This document shows positions 1 through 8,878 of a DNA stretch of 64,000 bases, piece by piece; positions within the stretch are counted from its first letter, which is position 1, and every line of letters begins with the position of its first letter. The position numbers were made by a program, and so were the translations under genes. The DNA lies in NCBI GenBank assembly GCA_031292625.1, contig JARLGU010000058.1, forward strand, positions 8,903 to 72,902, written 5' to 3'. Source of the DNA: Capsulimonadaceae bacterium. Its GTDB lineage: Bacteria > Armatimonadota > Armatimonadia > Armatimonadales > Capsulimonadaceae. Under the pieces are notes generated by a model that made no database searches, was not told the origin of the DNA, and worked only from the letters and a program-made list of their open reading frames with translations.

Positions 1-958
1 GGGTGGCGATGCGTCCGCGCGATGTGCGGGCGATCAGGCCTTCCTTCAGGAGGAACGGTTCGTAGACATCCTCGATCGTGTCCACTTCCTCGTTCAACGT
101 AGCGCAAAGCGCGTTAACCCCGGCCGGCCCGCCGTCGTACTTCTCGATCAGCGTCCGCAGAAACCGGCGGTCGGCATCGTCAAGACCGATCTGGTCGACG
201 CCGAGCATCTTGAGCGCCTCGTCGGCAACCGTTGCCGTAATCAGGCCATCCGCGCGCACCTGGGCATAGTCGCGAACACGCCGCAGCAGGCGGTTGGCAA
301 CGCGCGGGGTGCCCCGTGACCTGCGCGCAATCTCGCTTGCGCCGCGAGGATCGATCTCCGCATCCAGGATTTCGGCCGAACGGACCACAATCTTGCAAAG
401 ATCGTCAGCCTCGTAGAAATCGAAATTGAGCGGGATTCCGAACCGGTCTCTCAGCGGGGCTGAAAGCAATCCGACGCGGGTTGTCGCGGCGACGAGCGTA
501 AAGCGAGGTACGGGCAGCTTAATCGAACGGGCAGCCGGTCCCGACCCGATAACGACATCCACCTCGAGATCCTCCATCGCCGGGTAAAGGATCTCCTCCA
601 CCATTCGATTCAGGCGATGAATCTCGTCGATAAACAGAACGCTGCCCTCTTCGAGGTTCGTTAAAATCGCGACGAGATCGCCTGCTTTCTCAAGGGCAGG
701 CCCCGATGTGCCGCGCATCGAGACGCCCATTTCGTTGGCGATGATGTGCGCGGTGCTGGTCTTGCCCAACCCCGGAGGACCGTGCAGAAGCACGTGGTCA
801 AGCGGCTCATCCCGTCCCCTCGCAGCGGCAATAAAGAGCGACAAGTTCTCCTTAAGCCGCGCCTGACCGATAAACTCGCGCAAGAAACGCGGGCGCAAGC
901 TATACTCGGCGGGGTCTTCACTGGGGTCGTAAGACGATGAGAGCAAATGTTCGTCCAT
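1..958 (-). CDS. ruvB: Holliday junction branch migration helicase RuvB (3' part runs off the left edge)
   Basis: Absent from the ORF track because there is no stop in the window. My translation from ATG (958-956): [79 protein letters not shown]...[24 protein letters not shown]. It has the Walker A GPPGLGKT and the FIDEIHRL box typical of RuvB. Confidence 0.9.
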   Translation of the reverse strand, partial: MDEHLLSSSYDPSEDPAEYSLRPRFLREFIGQARLKENLSLFIAAARGRDEPLDHVLLHGPPGLGKTSTAHIIANEMGVSMRGTSGPALEKAGDLVAILTNLEEGSVLFIDEIHRLNRMVEEILYPAMEDLEVDVVIGSGPAARSIKLPVPRFTLVAATTRVGLLSAPLRDRFGIPLNFDFYEADDLCKIVVRSAEILDAEIDPRGASEIARRSRGTPRVANRLLRRVRDYAQVRADGLITATVADEALKMLGVDQIGLDDADRRFLRTLIEKYDGGPAGVNALCATLNEEVDTIEDVYEPFLLKEGLIARTSRGRIAT

Positions 959-965
959 GCCGATT

Positions 966-971
966 ATTATA
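966..971 (-). promoter_or_regulatory. Candidate -10 box (TATAAT) 7 nt upstream of the ruvB ATG; possible leaderless transcript
   Basis: Minus strand reads ggtgggTATAATaatcggcATG. No Shine-Dalgarno fits between the box and the start. Confidence 0.35.
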
Positions 972-1367
972 CCCACCGAGCCATGACGGTTTATAGCCGC
1001 GGCAATCGATCCGCAAGGAGCGCACCGCGTTGGAATGGATTGCCCCCTTTGCCGCCTGTATAGCAAGGGTTACAAACGAGTTTATTTTGCGTGAGTCGAA
1101 CGTTAAATGCGGCATCGATAATATTCTTTGCCGTAATTGGTTTAAGACTCGCTCCACCGTGGTATTGGGATTACGGATGGTTATCGCTTGACAGCTTCAA
1201 TCCGTAGGGAACTCTGACACGTTTTTTTTGTGTTTTAGAGGCAGGTCCGTTCCTCCCGAAACGGGAGGAGGATCGGAGTTCGGGACGGTCACTCCGAGAG
1301 TCTCGCCGCAGCGGGAAGAAGATGCCCCCTCCTGGGGAAGAGGGGTGTTCTTAGAGGGTTTGCAAAA

Positions 1368-1589
1368 AATCGAAAGGTCTTGTAAGACGGCTTTGCGGAC
1401 GCCGTGGCCGTTTTTGAAAACGGCCGTCACAGCGCTTTCACTGCTCACGATGTGCGCTGGGATCGGACGATGGCGGAAAAAAGCCGTACGCGTGTTGACG
1501 AGGCAACGTAAATCACCGCCGTGAACAAGGCGCGGGCAAAAAATTGCCCCGGCAGCACGAGCCGTCCCGAATATTTCTCGCAATACGCC
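1368..1589 (-). repeat. Copy 1 of a 222-bp diverged non-coding repeat (partner at 57045-57266 on the + strand)
   Basis: Hand alignment of the reverse complement of 1368-1589 with 57045-57266 gives about 70-75% identity with two small compensating indels. There is an 18-nt perfect core, cgtcaacacgcgtacggc, at 1483-1500 (rc) and 57132-57149. Confidence 0.7.
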
Positions 1590-1651
1590 AGTCTATTACA
1601 CACACTCTTACAGACCTCTAACTGGATTCAAATACTGTACCGGAGGCATTC

Positions 1652-2572
1652 ATGCTGGCCTACTCGATTTTGTTGCATACGGATATACCTCAGTTTGAGG
1701 TTCTATTCCGGAACATCTATGACGCTGAGAATATCTATGCAATACATCTTGATGCGGATGCAAGCCACTCCGACCGGAAGAGAGTGGAGGATTTCGTTCA
1801 TCCCTATCATAACGTGCATCTTGTGCCCCCGCTTCGTTGCATATGGGCCGGCTGGTCGCTGGTCGCCGCCGAACTCAGAGCAATACGGCTTCTGACATCG
1901 ATCGACCCCAGCTGGCGTTTCTACGTCAACCTGAGCGGCCAGGACATGCCGCTGGCAAGTCAGGCCACAATCCGTCGTACGCTCAGCGCCCACGACGGCA
2001 GCAACTTCATTGAGATTGCGGATCCTACTACGCATTTCTGGGTTCCAAAGCGCTATGAGTTCCTTTACGTCGAGCAGTTTCTATTCGGAAAATCTCAAAT
2101 CCGCATTCCGCGCTATCATCGCCCATTCTTGAAAGGGGTTCGCTGGTATAGCGGGTCGCACTTTAAGATTCTGAGCCGCGACTTCTGCGATTTTCTGGCG
2201 GATAAGAAGAATATTGCAAAATACGAGAACTTCTTCCGATTCTCGCACATGGCGGATGAGCAGTTCTATCAGACCGTAATCATGGACACCGAATTCGCGC
2301 ACACCGTGATCAACGACAACAAGCGTTATCTTCTCCATGCCGACAACACAGCCCACCCTAAATGGCTGACGATCGAAGACTTTGATGTGCTCCGGGACAG
2401 CAAGAAATTGTACGCACGCAAGTTTGCGACCGGAATTAGCAGTGAGCTCATTCGACGCATCGAATCCGACCTCTTGAACAAACAAGGCGACGAACCGGTC
2501 GCCTCGAACGCTCAGTCTGTCGCTCCTCCTTCCGCGCTCCAAGGGACACGCGTTCTGGACAGCGCACTCTGA
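1652..2572 (+). CDS. Glycosyltransferase family 14-like (core-2/I-branching 'Branch' domain) protein
   Basis: 306 aa. LAYSILLHTD...IYAIHLDADAS...WAGWSLVAAELRAIRLL...YVNLSGQDMPLAS...GSNFIE matches the bacterial Branch/GT14 motif order. GGAGG lies 7 nt upstream of the ATG. Confidence 0.75.
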   Translation: MLAYSILLHTDIPQFEVLFRNIYDAENIYAIHLDADASHSDRKRVEDFVHPYHNVHLVPPLRCIWAGWSLVAAELRAIRLLTSIDPSWRFYVNLSGQDMPLASQATIRRTLSAHDGSNFIEIADPTTHFWVPKRYEFLYVEQFLFGKSQIRIPRYHRPFLKGVRWYSGSHFKILSRDFCDFLADKKNIAKYENFFRFSHMADEQFYQTVIMDTEFAHTVINDNKRYLLHADNTAHPKWLTIEDFDVLRDSKKLYARKFATGISSELIRRIESDLLNKQGDEPVASNAQSVAPPSALQGTRVLDSAL

Positions 2573-2721
2573 ACGAACGGCGGCAGGATCGCGCCCCGAT
2601 GGTCCAGAATTGCCCGGTTAGCAACCACGCCTTCAATTGGTTGCCCTAGCAGCGGAGCGAACGGTACGCGCACTGCTTCCCCAGTGGTACAATAGGATGA
2701 CCAGGGGGATCTGCGTCGTCC

Positions 2722-3990
2722 ATGCCCGAAAGCCAAACAGATAGCACCAGCGGCGCATTAGGCGCCGATACCTCGGGGGCCCATGATCCGGCGCCGAGCT
2801 TCTATATTCGCGTCGGCTTCTTTACAAGCCTCGGAGTGGTTTTTCTCGCGATCTGCGCGCTCGCGGCTTACAAACTGCTTGCAGCGTTCGCGGATGTCGC
2901 AACTCCATTCGTCGTTGGAACGTTCCTCGCGCTACTGCTTGATCCGGTCGCGCACCGCCTCGAACGCACGGGTCTGCATCGAACATGGGCGATAATCGCG
3001 GTCGTTTCGAGCACGGTGCTCATTCTGGTCGGCCTCGCCGCTCTCGTTATCCCCCGCTTCGTAGAACAGGTTAACAACCTCGCGACCAATGGTCCCGGCT
3101 ATATCATTCACCTGCAGACAGTGATCGATTCATGGCTGAAGCACGATCATAGGATCGGACCGATTGCAATGCCGCTGCCGCACAGCACGCACGACGTATC
3201 GGTAAAAGTGTCGGCGCAAATCGCAGCGACACTGCAAGGTTCAGCCGGCAACTTGATTGGTATCTTGAGCGGTTCCGCAACCACGATTCTGCAGATGGTC
3301 GTCAGTCTGCTGGTCATGTTTTACGTGTTGGCGGACACCGAACAACTGATGGGACGTGCGCTATTTCTTGTGCCAAGCCGATACAGGGCCAACATCCAGG
3401 TCTACAGCCGGGACATCGGCAAGGTCTTCTCTGACTATCTTCGCGGCATGCTGATCGTCTGCTCGTTCTACGGGATCACGGTCATCGCCGTGCTCTATGC
3501 GCTCTCGATCTGGACGCGCAGCCTCGCCGGATATGCTCTGCTGGTCGGGGTATTTGGAGGCGTGCTCTATTCCATCCCATACGTCGGCGCGTGCACGATC
3601 GCGCTGATGACGTTCGTGATCGGCTTCACCGCTGGAGGGCTTCCAGGCGGCATGGCCACGATGCTTTGCGTCCTGGCGGTCAACTGGACCTACGACAATC
3701 TGATTACGCCTCGCATCGTCGGAGGAGGCGTCGGTCTCCACCCGGTCGCCGCGATCATGGCGTTGGCGCTCGGCGGACGATTGGCAGGCTTCTGGGGACT
3801 ATTGCTCTCGGTGCCTGTCGCGGCAAGCATCCAGGCCGTCCTCTTCCGAATATTCCCCAGGCTCACGAACCCCACCCCGGACGCATTGCTGCGCAGCGCT
3901 CACACGGTCGAAGCCGCCGACGCTGCAACGCCTCCCCGTTCCCGTCGCAGACGGCAGCCCAAGCAGCCCGCGACACCGGGCGAGAGTTGA
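2722..3990 (+). CDS. AI-2E family (PerM/UPF0118) membrane transporter
   Basis: 422 aa with multiple hydrophobic helices. Overall layout (FVVGTFLALLLDPVAHRLERTGLHRTWAIIAV ... VPVAASIQAVLFRIF) is typical of AI-2E family permeases. Confidence 0.75.
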   Translation: MPESQTDSTSGALGADTSGAHDPAPSFYIRVGFFTSLGVVFLAICALAAYKLLAAFADVATPFVVGTFLALLLDPVAHRLERTGLHRTWAIIAVVSSTVLILVGLAALVIPRFVEQVNNLATNGPGYIIHLQTVIDSWLKHDHRIGPIAMPLPHSTHDVSVKVSAQIAATLQGSAGNLIGILSGSATTILQMVVSLLVMFYVLADTEQLMGRALFLVPSRYRANIQVYSRDIGKVFSDYLRGMLIVCSFYGITVIAVLYALSIWTRSLAGYALLVGVFGGVLYSIPYVGACTIALMTFVIGFTAGGLPGGMATMLCVLAVNWTYDNLITPRIVGGGVGLHPVAAIMALALGGRLAGFWGLLLSVPVAASIQAVLFRIFPRLTNPTPDALLRSAHTVEAADAATPPRSRRRRQPKQPATPGES

Positions 3991-4030
3991 GAAGAGAATC
4001 GGGTGAAGCTAATCGCAGCGACGGGCACGC

Positions 4031-4531
4031 CTAGCGATTTCGCACACCGAGGGCGCCGAGCTTGGCGGAATGCGCGTGGCAAATCGCGATCGCGAGCGCG
4101 TCGGCCGTATCGTCAGGTTTAGGGGCCGCTTTCAGCCCGAGCAGACGCGTCACCATCCACTGTATCTGCTTCTTGTCAGCCGATCCCGTCCCCGTCACAG
4201 CTTGCTTCACCTGCATCGGGGTATATTCGGTCCAGGGAAGATTGTGCTGCGCGATGGCCAGAAGAATGACGCCGATCGCGCGGCCGACGGAGATTGCGGT
4301 TGTTTCGTTCTTGCTGAAGAAGAGCCGTTCGGTAGCGACGGCGTCGGGGGAGTGTTTGTCAATCAAAAGATTGACGGCATCGTAGATTTGTGACAATCGC
4401 TCGATGACCGGGGTTTCCGGAAAGGTAAGGATTGCCCCGAAATCGATTGGAATCAGCTTGCCGGATGTATCCTGGCGAACGATCCCGTAGCCGGTTGTCG
4501 CGGTTCCGGGATCGATGCCAAGGATAATCAC
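4031..4531 (-). CDS. ruvC: Crossover junction endodeoxyribonuclease RuvC
   Basis: VIILGIDPGTATTGYGIV...ERLFFSKNETTAISVGRAIGV...TGSADKKQIQWMV...DTADALAIAICH. I place the start at GTG 4531, which forms a GTGA overlap with the stop of the upstream gene. The Arg-rich 51-aa N-terminal extension in the ORF track looks spurious. Confidence 0.9.
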   Translation of the reverse strand: MIILGIDPGTATTGYGIVRQDTSGKLIPIDFGAILTFPETPVIERLSQIYDAVNLLIDKHSPDAVATERLFFSKNETTAISVGRAIGVILLAIAQHNLPWTEYTPMQVKQAVTGTGSADKKQIQWMVTRLLGLKAAPKPDDTADALAIAICHAHSAKLGALGVRNR

Positions 4532-5646
4532 AGCGTCACCGTCTTCCCCGTTCGGGCAGATTCGTAAACGGCGCAGACGACTTCTACCGCGTGGAGACCG
4601 GCAACGCCATCGACTGCGGGGGCGCGCTTGTCGCGAACGGCGGTTACGAATTCGGCGAGCTGCGCCTGATGCGCGTCGCCCCACTCCGTAGACTGCGTCT
4701 CGCCCTCCGCGGAAGCGTCTTCCTCCGCCTTAAGCGTCTCCGCTGTCTTCGTGCCGCCCTGAGCCACCTGCAGGGCGTGGTGTGCAATCACCTGACCGCC
4801 CGTGACGTCAACCCGCGTCTTCGTGGCAACCGTATCCAGCACATCGCCGGAAATAACGACGCTGCCTGCCTCGCCGTGCAAACTGAGGGTCGCCGGAAAG
4901 CCTGGATAGGCGGCCGTGGACGCCACAAGATTGCCGATCGCTCCATTGGCGAACGTCAGTGTCGCGCAAACCACATCCTCGACCTCGATCCGCTTATGAG
5001 CAGCGGTGCGGGCAACGGCGTAGACCGAAACCACCGGGCCACAAAGCCACCGCATCAGGTCAACCGTGTGCACGCCCTGGTTCATCAACGCTCCGCCGCC
5101 ATCGAGCGCCCAGGTGCCTCTCCAATCGCCGCTGTCGTAATACTCCTGCGTCCTGTGCCATTTGATCTGCGCCTCAACGAGCACGATACGGCCCAATGCG
5201 CCGTGATCGACCAGCCCCCGGGCCTGAATGGACGCGGCGTCAAAGCGGTGCTGAGAAATTACGCCAAGGGGGAGGCCCGTTCTCCGCTGAACATCGTTAA
5301 GGGCGTTGCAAGCGGCGACGCTGATGTCCATCGGCTTCTCAACGATTGTCGGCCGGCCAGATAATAGCGCCTCAATGCCGATTTGAGCGTGCATCCCGCT
5401 CGGCGTGCAGACCGAGACGACATCTACGGCCGTATCTTTAAGAAACGTGTTCAGACTGACGTGCGTATGCTCGGGCGAGATGGAATGCGCCTTCGCGAAC
5501 TGCTCTGCGCGCTCGGGAACAACGTCGCAGCAAGCGGCAAGATGCGCCGCGGTCAATCCTTCTATCGCCCCAGCGTGCGTCGCTGAAATCGTGCCGCAGC
5601 CCACGATACCAAAGCCGACGCCGTTGCGGCTGTCAATATTACTCAC
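4528..5646 (-). CDS. Gfo/Idh/MocA family NAD(P)-dependent oxidoreductase
   Basis: 372 aa. N-terminal Rossmann motif GFGIVGCGTISATHA and family-typical length. ATGA overlap with the upstream gene at 5643-5646. Confidence 0.85.
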   Translation of the reverse strand: MSNIDSRNGVGFGIVGCGTISATHAGAIEGLTAAHLAACCDVVPERAEQFAKAHSISPEHTHVSLNTFLKDTAVDVVSVCTPSGMHAQIGIEALLSGRPTIVEKPMDISVAACNALNDVQRRTGLPLGVISQHRFDAASIQARGLVDHGALGRIVLVEAQIKWHRTQEYYDSGDWRGTWALDGGGALMNQGVHTVDLMRWLCGPVVSVYAVARTAAHKRIEVEDVVCATLTFANGAIGNLVASTAAYPGFPATLSLHGEAGSVVISGDVLDTVATKTRVDVTGGQVIAHHALQVAQGGTKTAETLKAEEDASAEGETQSTEWGDAHQAQLAEFVTAVRDKRAPAVDGVAGLHAVEVVCAVYESARTGKTVTL

Positions 5647-6773
5647 GGATTCGAGGTTCCTTTCTCGACTTCGGCCAGCGATGCCTCCAAATCAAGCATC
5701 TGCGTGCCATTTAGATATTCCTTGGATGCCGCCCGGCGTACCTTCGTCAGCATATCGATGACGGTCTGCGCCTGTTGAGCCGCTTCGAGAATGTAATCCA
5801 ACCGGGTGAAAACTTTGCTATCGACGCCTCGCAGGCTCCTGCGCAACGCTTCAGCGCTTGTGACGATCACCGTGAGCGGCGTATTAAGCTCCTCGTTGAT
5901 GGTAACCGCCGTTTCAATGACCGCCGAGAGTCGCTCAGCGCCGAGCCGCTCGTGGCGTACATCGTGCAAGGGGGTGAGATCGCGAACCGAATATTGCAGT
6001 AAGCTGCCTGCCATCGAGTGCACGGAGTTCACCTTGATCAGCACCGGCACAGGAACTCCGCGGCACACAAACTCAGTCTGAAGGACTCCCGCATCCCTGC
6101 TCCGAGGCGCTGCAGGACAAAGCTCCCAAAACGACCGTCCCTCAAGCTCAGGGCGCGAGATGCCGGTCAACTCAAAAGCCGCCTGATTGCTATCCCGAAC
6201 GGCGCCTGACGCGGCATCGACCACAAACATCGCGTCAAAAGAATCATTGAAAAGCGATTGATAGCGTGCCACCGCATCCTTGGCCGAGGAATAGGCGGCC
6301 TGCATTTCCTGGCTGCTCTCAACGAGGGTATGGCACAATCGCCTGGAACGCAGATGCGTGCGGATCACCGCAACAAGCTCTGGCGGATCCACGGGCGCCG
6401 CCAACACGCAGTCCGCTCCCGCATCGTAAAGGCCCGTCCTAAAAGCGGAGTTCGCGTTTCCGGCAACGACAATGAGCAGAAGGTCGCGCGCAGAATGAGC
6501 GCATTTAAGCTCGCGAATGGATTCAGGCGTCAGATTGGCATCGGACGGAGGGAAGATAACAGCGACGTCGGGCTGGTCACTGGCAACGAGGCCAGCGTAG
6601 TTCGCGCCAGTCTTTGCGGCGATTACGTCGTAGCCGACGCGGGCTAAGTGCACGCGTGAACGGTCTTTACCGTCCGGCTCTCCGCCTACATAGAGTACGC
6701 GGGCCGGTTGATCTTCTATCTGCAACAGAGACTTATCGAGCATCCCGATAAAATTGTACCCCTGCTCCGCCAC
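5643..6773 (-). CDS. Signal-transduction protein: receiver-like domain + PAS + DHp/HisKA-like helix, no ATPase domain
   Basis: 376 aa. The REC-like N-terminus lacks the acidic pocket (LYVGGEPD; PDVAVIFPPSD where the phospho-Asp is expected). PAS-like FDAMFVVDAASGAVRDSNQAAFELTGISRPELEGRSFWEL. H-box-like INEELNTPLT has Glu where His is expected. Confidence 0.55.
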   Translation of the reverse strand: MAEQGYNFIGMLDKSLLQIEDQPARVLYVGGEPDGKDRSRVHLARVGYDVIAAKTGANYAGLVASDQPDVAVIFPPSDANLTPESIRELKCAHSARDLLLIVVAGNANSAFRTGLYDAGADCVLAAPVDPPELVAVIRTHLRSRRLCHTLVESSQEMQAAYSSAKDAVARYQSLFNDSFDAMFVVDAASGAVRDSNQAAFELTGISRPELEGRSFWELCPAAPRSRDAGVLQTEFVCRGVPVPVLIKVNSVHSMAGSLLQYSVRDLTPLHDVRHERLGAERLSAVIETAVTINEELNTPLTVIVTSAEALRRSLRGVDSKVFTRLDYILEAAQQAQTVIDMLTKVRRAASKEYLNGTQMLDLEASLAEVEKGTSNP

Positions 6774-6791
6774 GGATTGCCAGGTTGCCCG

Positions 6792-7745
6792 CTATTGATG
6801 CGTCGCAACTTTTGCGTCCGGAGGATCAGGCGGCGCGAGCTGTCCATTGGCATTCCCCGGCTCGCGATCGCCGCCGCGGTCGCGAGAAGCTTCGCTCCCG
6901 CCCACGGGGGTAACCGAAATCGACGACGGCTGCGCGCTGGCATCCGGCGATGAGTTGCCGGATTGAAACTCCGCGTTGCTCGGAATGGCCGGCGGCAAGA
7001 TCGGCGCAAGCGGACCTGGCGACGAAGGCTGCGACTGAGGCGAGGGCTGCGGGGGCGGCGTTTGACGCGACGCGGCGACCGACGCGAGAGATGGCTCGGC
7101 GCCCCGGGAAACCGGCGGCGGGGCCACTGCCCGTTCAGGCAAGGAGGTTGGACGCGGACTCGCCAGTCGTACGATTGACGCTGGCGGGGCCGACGGAATA
7201 ACCGGCGACGCATCGGGTTTGGTCGTCTCTAGCAAGCGAGGCGCAATAGGGGCCTTGAAAGGATCGTTTGCCGCCGGAAACGGAGCAGGCGCAACCACGT
7301 GCGCAGGCGCAGCGACTTCGCGCGGCGTCAGAAACGTCGTAGCGATCCACTCGCGAGCCGCCGACTGCGGATCGGCGATCGCAATGAGGCCTACAGCGAC
7401 GATTGCGATCCCAGCAAAAGATGCCACGCCCGGCGCCCAACGGCTATTTGGAAGAAAGCGATCTTCGGGTTCGATACGGGATAGCACACGCCGAACCACC
7501 TCGGAAGACGCACGCGACCGCTCGATCCAGCTGCCTTGCGAGAGAGCCGGCGATGCCGCACCGCCACCCGCCTGACGGCGTAACGCCTTATCGAACTCGC
7601 GCAAATCTTCTAAGCGACGGCGGCAAGAAGCACAACTTTCGAGATGCCGCGCAACCCCAGCGGCCCGATCAGGATCACATTCGCTCAGCGTCCCGGCATC
7701 GTAGGGCAGTAGCCATTTCTCGTAAATACGGCAAATTAAGTTCAT
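6792..7745 (-). CDS. Anti-sigma factor (zf-HC2-like) with one TM segment and a Pro-rich C-terminal region
   Basis: From ATG 7745 (ATGA overlap with the sigma-factor stop): MNLICRIYEKWLLPYDAGTLSECDPDRAAGVARHLESCASCRRRLEDL (H-x3-C-x2-C). TM segment GVASFAGIAIVAVGLIAIA. Long P/A/S-rich tail. Confidence 0.65.
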   Translation of the reverse strand: MNLICRIYEKWLLPYDAGTLSECDPDRAAGVARHLESCASCRRRLEDLREFDKALRRQAGGGAASPALSQGSWIERSRASSEVVRRVLSRIEPEDRFLPNSRWAPGVASFAGIAIVAVGLIAIADPQSAAREWIATTFLTPREVAAPAHVVAPAPFPAANDPFKAPIAPRLLETTKPDASPVIPSAPPASIVRLASPRPTSLPERAVAPPPVSRGAEPSLASVAASRQTPPPQPSPQSQPSSPGPLAPILPPAIPSNAEFQSGNSSPDASAQPSSISVTPVGGSEASRDRGGDREPGNANGQLAPPDPPDAKVATHQ

Positions 7746-8437
7746 AATGGCGAAATCTCGGAACCGTCCAGCCACCCGAGGCTGTCGCGCAGCCGCTTGA
7801 CTCCGTAATGCAGGCGCGACCAGACTGTCCCTACCGAGCATTCCTGCAAGGCGGCGATCTCCTCGCAAGAATAGTCCTCATAATAGTGAAGAAGAATAAC
7901 GGTCCGGTGCTTATCGGACAAGGCATTGATCGCGGCGCGCAACGCGCCGTCACGAAAACGGATATCAAGAGCGTGTTGGGGAGTTTCCGTGCCAGACGAA
8001 AGACCTGGCGAGGATGCGTCAATATCCGTATGGTCTTCGATCGGAGTCTCATGCATGCGCGCGCTTTGAGTGCGCATCCTGCGCCACTCCTTCAACGCCC
8101 GGTTTGTCGCAATCCGGTAAAGCCATGTCGAGAATCGGGCATCGCCCCGGAATCTTGGCAACGCGCGCCAGGCCTGAACGAACACATCCTGGACAATGTC
8201 TTCGACGTCTGCCGCCTGCCCGTGGCCGCTGTCCCCGCCGCCGCCCAAGATCCGCGCGACGATCGCGTGGACGCGGCGCTCATGACGGGCGACGAGCACT
8301 CCGTACGCATCCCGGTCCCCGCCACGGCAGCGGCGAATCAGCGCGTCATCTTCGTCACGCAATCCAACGGACGGACGCGGGGCGATGAGACCGCCGAAGA
8401 GACCGCTATGCTTTTCCGGCTGAGGAAAAAACGCCAT
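7742..8437 (-). CDS. ECF-type RNA polymerase sigma-70 family factor
   Basis: Region 2 DIVQDVFVQAWRALPRFRGDARFSTWLYRIATNRAL. Region 4 LSDKHRTVILLHYYEDYSCEEIAALQECSVGTVWSRLHYGVKRL. Start chosen at ATG 8437 (MAFFPQPEK...); the longer ORF (to 8785) is probably an overextension. Confidence 0.85.
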   Translation of the reverse strand: MAFFPQPEKHSGLFGGLIAPRPSVGLRDEDDALIRRCRGGDRDAYGVLVARHERRVHAIVARILGGGGDSGHGQAADVEDIVQDVFVQAWRALPRFRGDARFSTWLYRIATNRALKEWRRMRTQSARMHETPIEDHTDIDASSPGLSSGTETPQHALDIRFRDGALRAAINALSDKHRTVILLHYYEDYSCEEIAALQECSVGTVWSRLHYGVKRLRDSLGWLDGSEISPL

Positions 8438-8821
8438 GGCGCCCAACGGACTGATTAGCGCGTCGCCCACCGTAGCAATCGCATCGCTAACCGATGTCCC
8501 CGACCTTATTTCCTTCGAACTCGTGTGAATCGCTTCCACGCGGCCAAGTCCTTTTCCTCGGAATGCCGAAACCAGGCAACGATCGCCTGCTTTCTGCTGA
8601 CTTGGACTCCCGCGCCGCGTCCCGGCTTCAATCGCCGGGCCATCAAGATTCCACGAGATTTCGACGAGCGAAATCGAATTTATGTTCCAGCAAGTATATT
8701 GTACCGCGCGCAGAAGGCTGGGATCATGAAGAGGACATGAATGTAACGAGGGTGCTCGGCGACAGCGCGACCTCAGCGCCGGCAAACACGCCGGATCCGC
8801 GCCAAGCTTGAGAAGCTAACA

Positions 8822-8864
8822 TGAAGAGAGAAGGGCATCACGGCAGAACGCTCGCGATGCCCTC
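8822..8864 (-). terminator. Candidate intrinsic terminator after the aldo/keto reductase gene
   Basis: Minus strand: GAGGGCATCGCG-agcgttctgc-CGTGATGCCCTT followed by ctctcttc (pyrimidine/T-rich). Confidence 0.45.
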
Positions 8865-8878
8865 ACTCGACGCGCACT

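Noticed and set aside
941-952. LexA-like site GAGCAAATGTTC at the ruvB start codon
   Set aside because: It has one mismatch to GAAC-N4-GTTC and overlaps the first codons of ruvB. It is a single weak match that could easily be chance. It would only be worth revisiting if the genome's LexA regulon motif is defined.
960-1650. Possibility that the long ruvB-upstream region encodes tmRNA, RNase P RNA or another classical housekeeping RNA
   Set aside because: I could not find the diagnostic motifs: no tRNA-like acceptor/T-arm end with CCA, no tag ORF and no GAGGAAAGTCC-type RNase P core. It is therefore reported only as a repeat of unknown nature.
4532-4684. N-terminal 51 codons of the track's RuvC ORF, and similar long N-terminal extensions at 7746-7868, 8438-8785, 14922-14987, 25190-25390 and 48342-48506
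   Set aside because: The extensions overlap the upstream gene, are Arg-rich or non-homologous, and internal starts give canonical N-termini, 4-nt overlaps or SD sequences.
6716-7213. 165-aa Arg-rich minus-strand ORF (and 6950-7201, 6963-7178 on the plus strand)
   Set aside because: These are alternative frames of the Pro-rich anti-sigma tail. CCG/CGC-rich sequence reads as poly-Arg in other frames, so they are not independent genes.
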